DNA of 64,000 nucleotides from Trueperaceae bacterium (GTDB lineage Bacteria; Deinococcota; Deinococci; Deinococcales; Trueperaceae), in NCBI GenBank assembly GCA_034521815.1, contig JAXHLW010000013.1, positions 1,440,001-1,504,000 of the forward strand, in the 5' to 3' direction. The position numbers and the translations under genes were made by a program. Positions 11,801 through 22,921 of the stretch are shown here, one piece after another; positions within the stretch are counted from its first letter, which is position 1; each line of letters opens with the position of its first letter. The notes beneath the pieces are model-generated. The model did no database searches and was not told the origin of the DNA. It worked only from the letters and a program-made list of their open reading frames with translations.

Positions 11801-13451
11801 GCGACGCTCGCTACGTGGGCACCGTCGCCCTCCAGGTCGCGCTCGAAGCGACCGGCACCGGCAGCGCGACCTTCCGTGACGCGGCCGACACGCAGGACGT
11901 CGTCAGCGTCGAACTCGCGTCCGGAACGTCGAGCGTCGACGTGCTGGATGCGTCCCGACCGAGTCCGGCGCCATGACGGTGACCGCCACGGCGAGCACCG
12001 ATCCTGTCGGCGCGTTCGACTGTGGGCAGTCATCCGTTCACCGGGCTCGAACCGACCCTCACCGCTCTCGACGACGGTCCGTACGACGTCGTCGAGGGGG
12101 GCAGCACGAGAATCGCGATCGCAGACCTGCTCGACAACGACACATGGACCGGAGCCTCGACCTGGGGCTTCGATGCGATCGTCTCGGCCTCGGGAGTGGA
12201 CGCCCTGGTCGATGGAGGCGACATCGTCGTGTCCGCCGATCCTGACACCGGAAACACGAGCGGTACCGTGACCTACCGGATCGCGAGCCACGGTACCGTA
12301 CGGAACGACGGCAGTGGCCGACGTCGCCGTCGACGTCACGCTCGCGCCGATCGACGCCATCCTCTTCACCGACACCGCCGAATTCAACGACTTCATCTCG
12401 AGCGAGTACACCCCCCCGACCTTCGAGCAGGTGCTGGCCAACTGGCCCGTGTTCGAAGGAGCGACCGTCTACGACAACGTCGCGAGCGCGGGAGGCAGCA
12501 CCTTCGCGAAGGATTGGGCGTACGACCCAGGCTCCGACAGCATCGTCCAGCCTGGCAACGCCTTGCCGCCCACGGGCCTCATCAGCGAGGAAGCGATCGA
12601 GTACTACGAGTTCGAAAGCGACTCTTGCCTCGTCGGACCCGGACAACAGGGACAATGACTCCATCGGTTTGGTCGTCGCGTACGACCTCGATACGAACAG
12701 CTACCTCGTCGCCGTAAGGGGTCAGAACGGTGGACCCAGCCTGGCTCCAGAGAGCGGATGGGGATTGTGGTACTTCGCGAACGGAACGCGGACCCAACTC
12801 CTCAACGACGTTTTTGCCGGTGCGACGTACGGAGAGTGGAACGAGTACGAAGCCCGCGTCTCCGTGCAACGTACGGGGAGCACCGTCCGACTTCGCACGA
12901 CGGAGTTCGCTCCATCCGGAACGGTGTTCGATGCGAGCGACTACGTTTCTGCCGAGCGAAATCACCATCGACCTCGACTCGGGCCTGATCGAGCGCAACG
13001 ACGGTGGTGGCGATGCGTTCGGAAATCTCAGCCGGTTCGCTGGCCCCAAGCCGTACGGTTACTGGACCTACAGCCAGCCGGACACGAAGTACCTCGACGT
13101 GACGTTCACGGGAGGCGTCGCCCGTGATACGGCGATCCTGTTGACCGATCCGGTGGTCGGCGAGGACGCATGGACCGGGAAGCGAAGTATGGCGCTTCGA
13201 CGCCGCCGCCAACGCTGGTGCCGGCGCCTGGAACCAGGACGGCGCCGCAACGATCCAGACCGAACTCGGCTCGCCGCCGCGCGGTCACGTCCGTAGCGGA
13301 ACCGGAAGTCGGCTCGTCGTACACCTCCTACGAGGTCAACGGCAAATCGTTCGTCGTCGAGGGCAGGCAGGACGGTCGCGACGACGCCATAACCTCGAGC
13401 GACGCCTGCGACATGCCTACGTTCCGTCTCCCTACCTGCATCGGCGGGTAG
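5858..13451 (+). CDS. giant surface lipoprotein/adhesin with Big-like, YDG and MBG-type repeats (many frameshifts; 3' end approximate)
   Basis: AGGAG RBS then ATG at 5858; LLAAC lipobox in the next frame; repeated RTYDG/KEYDA/KTYGDDDP and GEDVGSYAFTLGDL...NY motifs across many ORF fragments. Confidence 0.8.
8825..9587 (+). repeat. ~235 bp intragenic direct repeat (about 8825-9057 and 9356-9587)
   Basis: Near-identical blocks ATCACGATCGACGATCTCGC...AACTACGACCTGAC differing mostly by single-base indels. Confidence 0.85.
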
Positions 13452-13459
13452 GGAGACGT

Positions 13460-13735
13460 TCCCGCCGGGCGCCTGGAACCCATCACTCGGAGACGCTCGC
13501 AGATGTTGTAGCGCCCCGCACGGCAGTTGCGGCATACGCCGCACACCAGCGACGGCTCCAGCGCCGCCCTCGCGCCGATCCATGCGTCGTCGGCGTCATC
13601 GTCGACCGCCACCACCTCGGCGGCGATCTCGTGACCAGTAAAGACCGGGTAGTCGACGAACGGATGGTGGCCCGCCAGCACGTGCAGGTCGCTGCCACAG
13701 ATGCCGTTCGCTATCGGGCGAAGGCCCAGAACTGG
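13460..13735 (-). pseudogene. zinc-dependent (MDR) alcohol dehydrogenase fragment
   Basis: GICGSDLH, GHE, CGVCRNCRAGRYNIC, MGFQAPGG; no start and no C-terminal domain. Confidence 0.8.
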
Positions 13736-13988
13736 GTCAATTTACCGACCGAGACGCTGCTGGCCGATCGGACCGAGGAGCACGCTCAGGGCCGCGTCAA
13801 AGGAGCACACTTCGCGTGGAGTCGCCTCTGGTGGACATTCACCTTACCGCTGGCGAGCTGCCTGATCGGCGGCCTGATCGGCTAGCCGGCGTGCTGGATC
13901 GTCGTGATCCTGTCCACTGGCTCGCAGCGTATCGCTGCGACCGGCGGCCCCTGGCCAGGCGCCGGCGCCGAGTCGCTGACGGACCCGT

Positions 13989-14407
13989 TCATGCTTTCTC
14001 GAGCCGCTTCCAGGTCACCTGCAGATCGACCGCCTCCTGGAGCGTCGAGACCACGGTGCTAGCCCGACGGGCGATGTCGACGATGCGGTCGAGCTTGTCG
14101 TCCTGCGCCGGGGAGGCGATGCCGATGTCGATCTGTGCCGAGACCAGTCGGGGTGGCTTCGACTGGCGGGTGCCGGCCACGGAGACCACGACGTCGTTCA
14201 GAACGACATCGCTGTTTTCGGCGACTAGTCCAAGAGACGACGTCATACAGGCGCCCGCCGCCGTAGAAGCGTCTCCACGGGATTGAAGCCCGCCGAGGGG
14301 TCGCTTGCCTTGCTTCCGACCTCCAGCGAGAACTCTCTGACCTTGGCTGTGGTGCGCGTCCCGTCGGAATGACGGTTCAGGGTTACGGCGTAGCTCTGGG
14401 TACTCAT
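13989..14407 (-). CDS. OsmC-family protein (frameshift ~14263)
   Basis: GGAGG then MSTQSYAVT...GFNPVETLL / AAGACMTSSL...; OsmC-like pattern. Confidence 0.7.
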
Positions 14408-14719
14408 CGATGCCTCCTGCTTCTACAAGGTGTATCGCATGCACGATCTGTCGCGCTTGGCCCGGCGGGCTCCGCTCCGAGCGTCGTGTTCTCGGACGCG
14501 AAGTCGGCAGGCGCATACCTCTGAGGGCAGCGTAGACGGTCAGCGGCGGCAGCGCACGAACCGCGGCGCGAGCACCCGAGCCCCTGCTACGGTGCAGCGC
14601 AAGAGCGCGCAATGGTCATGATCGCGGACGAGGGCACGCTGCGGCGTCGGCGACGAAGCAGCGACCCCGCTTTCCGCGCCGACGAGCATGCTCACGCCTG
14701 CGCAGCGAAGGGGATCGAC

Positions 14720-15142
14720 ATGGCGACCGAAGACGACCGGGCAGCAGCGATCGCGATCTTCGAGAGCGGCTGGAACCGTGGCGAGTTCGGAGGACTTGAC
14801 GGACATCTGCGCAGAGCCGTTCGCCTTTCACGTCCACGGCCGCACACGTGTCACGGACCTCGCCGAGCTCGAGCGATCGTCGCCGGCTGGCGGCGGGGCT
14901 TCCCCGATCTGCACTTCGACCTTCGCGACGTCGTCGCCGAGGGTGGACGCGTGGCGATCCGTGCGACGCTCACGGGCACGCACCGAGGCGAGTGGAACGG
15001 CAGACCGCCGACGGCGAACGCGATCGCCGTGGACCATTTCTTCCTGCTGCGGTTCGATCAGGGCCTGCTGGTCGAGGTCTTCGAGGTGCTCGACAGCGCG
15101 GCCCTCGAGCGGCAGCTCGAACCGGGCCCGTCAGGGGGCTAG
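14720..15142 (+). CDS. SnoaL-like ester cyclase
   Basis: GFPDLHFDLRDVVAEGGRVAIRATLTGTHRGEWNGRPPT; probable internal compensating frameshifts. Confidence 0.8.
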   Translation: MATEDDRAAAIAIFESGWNRGEFGGLDGHLRRAVRLSRPRPHTCHGPRRARAIVAGWRRGFPDLHFDLRDVVAEGGRVAIRATLTGTHRGEWNGRPPTANAIAVDHFFLLRFDQGLLVEVFEVLDSAALERQLEPGPSGG

Positions 15143-16482
15143 ATCACCCCGACCGACCGCCCCAGCACCACCAGGATCAGCGCCGGCGTCACCCAGCGCA
15201 GCATGAACAGCCAGGCCCGGCCCAGCCAGGCGCGTTCGAAGCCCACCTCCTCGAGCGCGACCGCCCGTCCCCACGACCAGCCGACGAACAGCGCGAAGAT
15301 CAGGCCGCCCAGGGGCAGGACCACCTGCGACGCGGCCAGGTCCAGGCCGTCCAGGATCGAGCCGCCGAACAGTCGCACCCCCGCCAGCGGTCCGTAGCCC
15401 AGCGACGGCAGCGTCGACAGCGCGAAGATCGCGGCGCCCAGCAGAAGGGCCGCCTTGCGCCGGCCCCAGCGAAGGCGCCGCATCGCGTAGGCGACGACCA
15501 CCTCGAGCAGCGACACGGCCGAGGAGAGCGCCGCCGCGGCGAGAAGCACGAAGAACGCCAGCCCGACCAGCGAGCCGGCCGGCATCACCTCGAAGATCCC
15601 CGGCAACACCACGAACACCAGCGTCGGGCCGGTGGCCGGGTCGATCGCGAAGCTGAACACGGCTGGGAAGATCACGAGGCCCGCCACCAGCGCGACCGCG
15701 AAATCCAAGGCGACGATGCGTGTCGCCAGTCCCGGAAGCCCGGCCGAGGCCGACAGGTACGAGCCGTACGTCAGCAGCGCGCCCATCCCCAGACTCAGCG
15801 AGAAGAACGCCTGGCCGACGGCGGCCAGATACGCCTCTCCCTGGCCGAACGCCGACCAGTCGGGCGTCAACAGGAACCGGAGGCCCTCGCCCGCGCCTGG
15901 CAGCGTCAGCCCGTAGACCGCCATGGCGACCAACAGGAGCGCCAGGAGCGGCATGAGCACGCGGTTGGCGCGCTCGATCCCCTGTCGGACACCCGAGACG
16001 ACGATCCCGGTCGTGATCGCGAGGAAGCCGAACGCCCAGGCCAGCGGGGCGTACGTGCTCGCGATGAAGCTCTCGAACAGGGTGCCGAACTCGGCGGGCG
16101 GCACCGCCGTCATCTCACCGCTCAGGTACCCGACCATGTAGCGCCCCACCCAGCCGCCGATCACGGCGTAGTAGGAGAGGATCACCACCCCCGCCCCGAC
16201 CGAGAGGTAGCCGGCGACGACCCACGGGCGTCCGGGGGCCAGGACCTGGAACGCGCCCACCGCGTCGGATTGCGCGCGGCGGCCGATCGCCAGCTCGGCC
16301 AGCATCACCGGCAGTCCCATCACGATCAGGATGGCGATGTAGAGGATCAGGAACGCGGCGCCGCCGTGCTCGCCCACCACGTACGGGAAGCGCCAGACGT
16401 TGCCGAGACCGACGGCGGAGCCCACGGCGGCCAGGGTGAAGCCGAGCCGCGAGCTCCATTGCTCTCGAGGAGGCATGCTCAT
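15139..16482 (-). CDS. sodium-dependent transporter, NSS family
   Basis: REQWSSRLGF, GSAVGLGNVWRFPY, GQAFFSLSLG; about 12 TM segments. Confidence 0.95.
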   Translation of the reverse strand: MSMPPREQWSSRLGFTLAAVGSAVGLGNVWRFPYVVGEHGGAAFLILYIAILIVMGLPVMLAELAIGRRAQSDAVGAFQVLAPGRPWVVAGYLSVGAGVVILSYYAVIGGWVGRYMVGYLSGEMTAVPPAEFGTLFESFIASTYAPLAWAFGFLAITTGIVVSGVRQGIERANRVLMPLLALLLVAMAVYGLTLPGAGEGLRFLLTPDWSAFGQGEAYLAAVGQAFFSLSLGMGALLTYGSYLSASAGLPGLATRIVALDFAVALVAGLVIFPAVFSFAIDPATGPTLVFVVLPGIFEVMPAGSLVGLAFFVLLAAAALSSAVSLLEVVVAYAMRRLRWGRRKAALLLGAAIFALSTLPSLGYGPLAGVRLFGGSILDGLDLAASQVVLPLGGLIFALFVGWSWGRAVALEEVGFERAWLGRAWLFMLRWVTPALILVVLGRSVGVI

Positions 16483-16642
16483 GAGGCGATCGTGGCACGC
16501 CGCCAGGCGCGGCGCGCGGGTCGGGCGTCCCGCAAGGTCGCTCGGCTATGTTGGGCTCAGCGTCCGCAGGCGGGACCGCGCTCACATCGGTCTCTGCCCG
16601 CAGCGGGATCGAAAGCGTTCGAGCTATGGAAAAATCGTCACC

Positions 16643-17946
16643 ATGCCACGAACCGTGCGTCGTCGTTCCGCCAAGCCCGTCGTCCTCCTCGTCCTCCTTC
16701 TGGTCGCGCTATCCCCTGCCGCTCGGGCGCAATCGGACGTCCTCGTCGCCGCCGAGCGCTTGCTGTACGAAGGCCAGGCGGGTGCAGCGGCCGACACTCT
16801 GGCGGACGGCCTGGCAGCCGATCCTGCCGACGCCTCGGTGCGACTGGCTCTGGGCACCGTGCAGGCCATGACCGCACTGGAGGCCCTGGCACAGGACGCG
16901 TTCCGTCACGGCCTGGGCGGCGGCGGGATCGAGGAGGCGGGGCAGATGCTGGGCGTTCCGGTCACCGCGGAATCCCCGACCCGAGCCGGTCGGGTACGAC
17001 GACGCGCGTGCGGCGTCTGGAGCGGTTCCACGCGCGCCTGGTGGCGGCCGACGAGACCCTCGCTCCCCTGACCGAGCTGATCGGCACGGAGGCGGGACGC
17101 ACGCTGGAATGGACCGTCGAGCTGGGTCGCGTGCGACTGGACTTCGACGGGGACGGCGTGGCGGGCGAGCCTCTCTCGCTCCTGCTGGCTCAGGCTCGCT
17201 CCGTGCGCCCCACGGAGCTCGAGGGTGCCGCGGAAGCGATCCCGATCGACGCCGATCTGGGCGACGCGCTCTGGCTACGCGGCTACCTGAACCTGGTCAC
17301 CGCGACGCTGGACGCTTTCCTGGCGTACGACGCGCGAGAGGCGTGGGACGCGACGGCGCAGCTGTTCTTTCCGCGCCCGATCACCTCGATCCCGTACCTT
17401 GCCGAACCCAGCGAGCCGCGGCTGGGCGGATTCGATGCGGCGCTGCTGGCCGACGTGATCGCGCTGATCCATCTGATCGACTTCCCCGTGCTGGACGCCG
17501 ATCGAGCAGCCGCTGCGCTGACGCGCCTCAGGACGACCGTCGCGATGAGCCAGGCTTCGTGGCGCGCGATCCTGGCCGAGACGGACGACGGGCGCGAATG
17601 GCTGCCCAATCCGAGCCAGTCGGGCGTGGTGCCCGGCGGGCCCGGCGGGGCTGCGCTGGCCGTGGAGGAAGAGATGGTGACCAGCTGGCTCGAGCTGATG
17701 GACGAGCTCGACGCGATCCTGGCCGGCGAGCGGCTGGTCCCCTACTGGCGAGTGACCGATGGACGCGGGGTGAACGTGCGCCGCGTCTTCACCGAGCCAC
17801 GCCCGCTCGACCTGATCCTTTGGATCCAGGGCGCGGCCGTGCAGCCGTACCTCGAGGAGGGCACGCTCACGAGCGGCGAAGACTGGGCTCGCATTCGGCG
17901 CGCGTTCGGCGGGCGCTTCGCGTCGTTCGCGTTCTGGTTCAACTAG
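16643..17946 (+). CDS. secreted alpha-helical hypothetical protein (frameshifted ~16980-17030)
   Basis: Signal peptide ending ARA-Q; joins the C-terminal frame with ETDDGREWLPNPSQ ... FAFWFN. Confidence 0.7.
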
Positions 17947-18082
17947 GTTTCCGTCTCGGCGACCGCCGCAGCTAGGCGAGCGTTCCGATCGGTCGAGCGA
18001 TGCGGCGCCGACGAGACTCCTGCGGAGGCCACATATCGCGATCGGGCTCCACTGCTACGGTGAAGAATCTCGAAAGGATGTG

Positions 18083-18256
18083 ATGCAGGTGTTGAAGGCG
18101 TACGACTACGTGCTGTTCGCCGCCGCGTTTCTGTCGTTCCTGTTCTCCGTCTACCTCTGGTTCTCGGGCCAGAAGGACGCAGGCGTGTACGTCGGCCTGT
18201 GGGTGCCCTCGATCATCGCGTTCGGCGGGTACATCAAGATCGCGATGCTGAGATGA
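18083..18256 (+). CDS. small 2-TM membrane protein (57 aa)
   Basis: Manual translation MQVLKAYDYVLFAAAFLSFLFSVYLWFSGQKDAGVYVGLWVPSIIAFGGYIKIAMLR; AAGGA RBS; GC3-biased codons. Confidence 0.7.
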   Translation: MQVLKAYDYVLFAAAFLSFLFSVYLWFSGQKDAGVYVGLWVPSIIAFGGYIKIAMLR

Positions 18257-18260
18257 GCGG

Positions 18261-18368
18261 ATGAACGACGCCGCCATCTTCGTGATCGGCCTGATCGTCT
18301 CCGGCCTCGTCGCCGTTTACATCGTCATGGCGTTCATCGCCATGCGGCAGGACCCGCACCAGGACTAG
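18261..18368 (+). CDS. small 1-TM membrane protein (35 aa)
   Basis: MNDAAIFVIGLIVSGLVAVYIVMAFIAMRQDPHQD, 4 nt after the previous stop. Confidence 0.6.
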   Translation: MNDAAIFVIGLIVSGLVAVYIVMAFIAMRQDPHQD

Positions 18369-18441
18369 CGAGACTCGCGCTGCGCGTCGATCGCGTTCCG
18401 AAGTTGACCGCTCCTAGGTCGTGCACGCCGTACCGTGCTTC

Positions 18442-18942
18442 ATGATTCGAATCGAGCTCCTGTTCTTCGACGGCTGTCCCTCTTGGCAGCAGGCCTGGAT
18501 CGAGCTGGGCCAAGTGCTGGCCGAGACTGGGCTGGACGCCTCGGTCGAGCTGCGGAACGTCAGAGCGATGGACGAGCGCCACAAGGTCGGGTTCGCCGGC
18601 TCCCCCACGATCCGCATCGACGGAATCGATCTGGCGGGGTACGACGGTCCGGCCGTGATGGCGTGCCGGCGGTACGAGGACAACGCCGGGCGCGGCTGGC
18701 CCAGCATCGAGCTCGTGCGGACGCGCCTGCTCGAGGCGAGCTCGAAGGCCGTCCCGGGGCGGAGCGGCCTGGTGCTTGACGTCGGCTCAGGAACGCGCCC
18801 GGACGTAACGCCGGAACAGGTAGCGCGGATGCGGCCGTTCCTCCGCCAACGTCCAGACGTCGGCATCCCAAACAGGAAAGTACGCGTCGCCCTCGAACCG
18901 CCCAGGAACGAACGAGAGGTGCATCTCGTCCGCGACCGGTAG
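18442..18942 (+). CDS. thioredoxin-fold protein resembling the MerB-associated domain (true stop may be before ~18790)
   Basis: IELLFFDGCPSW, FAGSPTIRIDG, ACRRY; leaderless TACCGT box; as assembled it overlaps DHFR. Confidence 0.7.
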   Translation: MIRIELLFFDGCPSWQQAWIELGQVLAETGLDASVELRNVRAMDERHKVGFAGSPTIRIDGIDLAGYDGPAVMACRRYEDNAGRGWPSIELVRTRLLEASSKAVPGRSGLVLDVGSGTRPDVTPEQVARMRPFLRQRPDVGIPNRKVRVALEPPRNEREVHLVRDR

Positions 18943-19263
18943 CGCCTGGCGGTACACGCTGGCGCCGCCGGCGATCCAGGGATCCCGCCCCAGCTCCCGG
19001 GCGATGTCGACAGCGCCTTCGACGCTGTCCGCCTTGTGCGTCCCGGCCGGGGCGCGGTCACGGCGGGTGAGCACGATCGCCTCGACCTCCTCGAGGTCGG
19101 GGCCGAAGATCTCGTAGCTCGTCCGACCCAAGATCACCGCGCCACCACGGACGCTGTCCACGAAGTGGCGGTACTCCTCGGGCACGTCCCACGGCATCCC
19201 GTCGTCCGCGCCGATCACGCGGTCGACGGTCATCGCCGAGATGATGCGGACCGGGGCGGTCAC
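18787..19263 (-). CDS. folA: dihydrofolate reductase
   Basis: VIGADDGMPWDVPEE, VILGRTSYE, WIAGGASVY, EGDAYFP. Confidence 0.9.
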   Translation of the reverse strand: MTAPVRIISAMTVDRVIGADDGMPWDVPEEYRHFVDSVRGGAVILGRTSYEIFGPDLEEVEAIVLTRRDRAPAGTHKADSVEGAVDIARELGRDPWIAGGASVYRQALPVADEMHLSFVPGRFEGDAYFPVWDADVWTLAEERPHPRYLFRRYVRARS

Positions 19264-20160
19264 GAGTCGGCCTCGGTGCCCGCCTCGGGGTTCGCCTCGA
19301 GTCCTGCCGAGAGCATGCGGCGCGAGCCCCGAACCGCGGCATCGACGAACGCGCGGGCGCGCGCCGCGCGACGTGCAGGCGTGTCGGCCGCCAAGGTACG
19401 GACCGGCAGCACGGCGCCGACCCAGCCGTCGGTCGTCCACGCGCCGTCGGGCAGCGGCGGCAGCCGGGGCGCCGCCGGGTACGGCCAGGGCGTAACGTAC
19501 AGGTACGGCTCGCGCACGCCCTCGTCGCCGGGCGTCATGCCGATCCCGACGGTGCGCCGCCGCTCGGGATCGACACGCGTGTCCGCGTCGAGATCGTCGA
19601 GCACCGCGAGATCGAAATGGTGCGGCCACAGCCGCGCCGGCGAGGGGCTCGTCAGGTCGGGACGCAGCTCGTCCAGCAGCGACGCAGCGTCGGCGAACAG
19701 CTCGCGGAGGGCCAGCAGTGCCGGCCCGTCCGGCTCGAACGGCGCACCGCCGGCGACCGGGTGCGCCGGCAGCTCGGCGTTCAGCCGCACGAACTCGCCG
19801 GGGCCGGCGACGTCGTGCAGCATCGCCGCGAAACGGACGTACGCGTCCTCCAGCGCGACACCGGCCAGCGGGAGTCGCCCCACGACCTCGCCGTCGGCCG
19901 CCGCGCAGCTCGACCTCCAGCGTGTCCGGACGCAGCGCGGCGCGCCACGGCACGTCCGGGTCGCCGAGGCTGACGAACGCGCCGCCGTCCATGACGAACG
20001 CCGTGTGGCTCTGATCCTCGCGCGCCGCGTAGCGACTCACGTGCAGCGCGGCGGGAACCTGCAGCGCGTAGTGCGCCTGCACGCGCGCGTTCCAGATCCG
20101 GTCCGGGGAAAGGTCGCTCAGCGAGCCCCAGTCGGAGCGCGGTGGGGTCGGATCGTCCAT
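19260..20160 (-). CDS. hypothetical protein (frameshift ~19910)
   Basis: MDDPTPPRSDWG... joined to ...LWPHHFDLA...GMTPGD...EPYLYVTPWP; stop overlaps the folA start. Confidence 0.65.
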
Positions 20161-20198
20161 GGTTGAAGTCTCCTCTCGATTCTCGATGCGGCCGAAGC

Positions 20199-22215
20199 CT
20201 ACGTCACAGCAGCGCGGGATCGGTGCGGATCTCGACCAGCGCCGGCCCCGGATGCGCCACGGCGGTGGCGAGGGCCGTATCGAGCTCGTCCGAGCGCTCG
20301 ACCCGCACGCCGTGCGCACCGCACGAGCGTGCGAACGCGGCGAAGTCGGGGTTCACCAGGCCGGTCTGCCAGACGTCCCAGCCGCCCGACGCGCTGCTCC
20401 TTGCTGATCTTGCCCAGCTCGTCGTTCACCAGCACGACGTGGGTGACGTTCATGTCGTGCCGCACCAGGGTGGTGATCTCGGCCAGGTACTGCCCAGTCC
20501 GCCGTCGCCGGAGACGGACACGACCTTCCTGCCCTGCCAGCGGCCGGGCTCCTGGGTGGCGGCCCAGGCGCCCATCGCGGCGGGCAGCGCGAAGCCGATC
20601 GAGCCCAGGTAGCCCGACATCAGCACCGTCTGACCGGACGTCTCGAAGTAGCGGCCGAAAGCGTAGGTGTTGTTGCCCACGTCCACCGGCATCACGGCGT
20701 CCGCCGGCACCTGCCGCTGGAGCGCCGCGAACACCGCCGCGCTACCGACGCCGCGTCCGCGGTCGTCCTCGCGCCGATGCGCCTTCTCCTCGCGCCACAG
20801 CGCCCAACGCTCCGCCAGATCGCGTCGCTGACGATCGGACGGCTCGGTCCCGCCCAAGCGCTCCAGCAGCTCGCTGGCGACCGGACCGACGTCGCCCCAG
20901 ACGGGCACGTCCACGGCGTGGAACTTACCGAGCGCCATCCGGTCGCGGTCCACCTGGATCGTGGGCGTCTTGGCGCTGATCCCGGTGTGGTTCGAGAACG
21001 ACGCGCCGAACACCAGCAGCAGGTCCGCCTCGTTCATCAGCCACGACGCGACCGGCGTGCCGGACCGTCCGAGCACCCCGCCCGCCAGCGGGTGCCGGTC
21101 GGGGATCTGACCCTTCGCCTTGAAGGTGGTCAGGACGGGCGCGCCCAGCCGCTCGGCCAGCTCGGTGACGGCCGGCATGTCGAAGCGCGCGCCGTGCCCG
21201 ACGATGATCACCGGGCGCTGGGCAGCGGTCGAGCCGATCCACGGCGTCCGCCAGCACGCCGGGGTCCGGCCGGATGCCGGCCGCCGCCACGCGGCCCCCT
21301 GGGTCCGACGGCGGCGCGTCGGACGGCTGCCCGGCGACCTCGTCAGGGAAGATCAGGTGCGCCACGCCCCGCTGGACCACCGCGCTCTTCCAGGCGCGCC
21401 CCATCAGCTCCACGTGCTGCGAGCCCGGCAGCACGCTGGCGCTCCAGGCGGCGACGCCGCCGTAGGCGGCGGCGAGGTCGACCTCCTGAAAGTCGCCGGT
21501 GCCCAGCACCTGCGTCGCGACCTGGCCGGTCAGCGCCAGCACCGGAGCTGCGGTCCACGTGCGCGTCCCACAGCCCCGTCAACAGGTTCGTCGCGCCCGG
21601 CCCGGCGATCGCGAGGCAGGCCGCCGGCACGCCGGTCAGCTTGCCGTACGCCGAGGCGGCGAACGAGGCGGCGCCCTCGTGGCGGATCGCGACGTAGCGG
21701 AGCGGGCCGTGCTCGGACCGGCGACGCACGGCGTCCGCGACGTGCAGGTTCGAGTGGCCGACCATCCCGAACACCCAGCGCACGCCCCAGCGCTCCATCG
21801 TCTCGATCATCGCGTCCGACACGGTCCGCGCCGCCGGGGCCTCCTCCGGCAGGCCGACGTACACCCCGTCGGCGCGCTCCTCGACCGGGAACGTCGGTAC
21901 GGCGTCGTCGAACCCGCCGGGCGGACGCCCGGTGATGGGGTGGTAGTCGAAGCCGTGCCAGGGGCAGCGCAGCCAGCCGTTCTCGATCGAGCCCTCGCCC
22001 AGCGGCCCGCCCTGGTGCGGACAGCGCGCGTCCAGCGCGCCGTAACGTCCTTCGAAGCGCGTCATGCACAGGTTCCTGTGCCCGCAGACGACCGGAGAGA
22101 CGCGTCCCTCGGACAGCTCTTCCGGCTCCAGCACCTTGTGCCACTCGCTGGGCCGTTCGCCGGTCGCGTCGCTGGTCGGCTCGCCGCTGGCGTCGTTCCA
22201 CTCGTTCGGTTCCAT
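20199..22215 (-). CDS. Rieske [2Fe-2S] domain fused to a TPP-dependent pyruvate-oxidase-like enzyme (several frameshifts)
   Basis: CPHQGGPL...CPWHG Rieske; RHEGAASFAASAYGKLTG, AGPGATNLLTGL, GDGG...N TPP motif across four ORF pieces. Confidence 0.85.
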
Positions 22216-22296
22216 GCTGCGGAGCATCGCAGCCGGATCGTGGCCCGGTCGGTCCCGAGCTTGACGAGACGTTCCCGCCGGCGGCCGTGTCCCGCG

Positions 22297-22911
22297 CTAC
22301 CCCTGCGCGTCCATCTCTCCAGCCGTTACCGCCACCTCTAGCCTGTTCTCGGGCGGGGAGAGGGGGCACACCCAGCGCGGGTGATGGGCGCACGACGGGG
22401 CGTAGGCGTAGTTGAAGTCCAGCACCGGCCCGCCGCCGTAGCTGCCCAGGTCGGCGTGCTTGATCGTGTCCAGCAGGTAGCGCCCGCCACCGTAGCTGCC
22501 GGCGCCGCTGGTCGCGTCGCGGAACGGCACGAACAGCCCGCCGCCGTAGCCGCCGATCCAGAACGCGGTCAGGCGCCGAGGCTCGCCGTCCAGCTCGAAG
22601 CGGAGACGTCCCGCCCGACTCAGCACCAGCCGGCCGTCCTGGCCGGCGTCCACTTCGATCGTGCCGTCCGGCACGTCCAGATCCACCTCCGCGACGACGC
22701 GCCAGCGTGACGCGTACGGCGCGTAGCTCAGGCCGCTGAAGGTGGAGCGCGCCGCGTCGTCCAGCGGGGAGGCGGGATGCTCGCGGAACAGGCGGTCCTT
22801 GCCCTCGCGAAAGCGCCGGCAACGCTCCGCGCCCGGCAGCGCGGGGTCGCGTGCCAGCGCGTACAGGGCGGCGACCTCGCGGCGGTAGTCCAGCAGATCG
22901 AACGCGGTCAT
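22297..22911 (-). CDS. DUF1684 domain protein
   Basis: FVPFRDATSG...YGGGRYL, LDFNYAYAPSCA, CPLSPPENRL. Confidence 0.9.
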   Translation of the reverse strand: MTAFDLLDYRREVAALYALARDPALPGAERCRRFREGKDRLFREHPASPLDDAARSTFSGLSYAPYASRWRVVAEVDLDVPDGTIEVDAGQDGRLVLSRAGRLRFELDGEPRRLTAFWIGGYGGGLFVPFRDATSGAGSYGGGRYLLDTIKHADLGSYGGGPVLDFNYAYAPSCAHHPRWVCPLSPPENRLEVAVTAGEMDAQG

Positions 22912-22921
22912 GGCTGGGACG

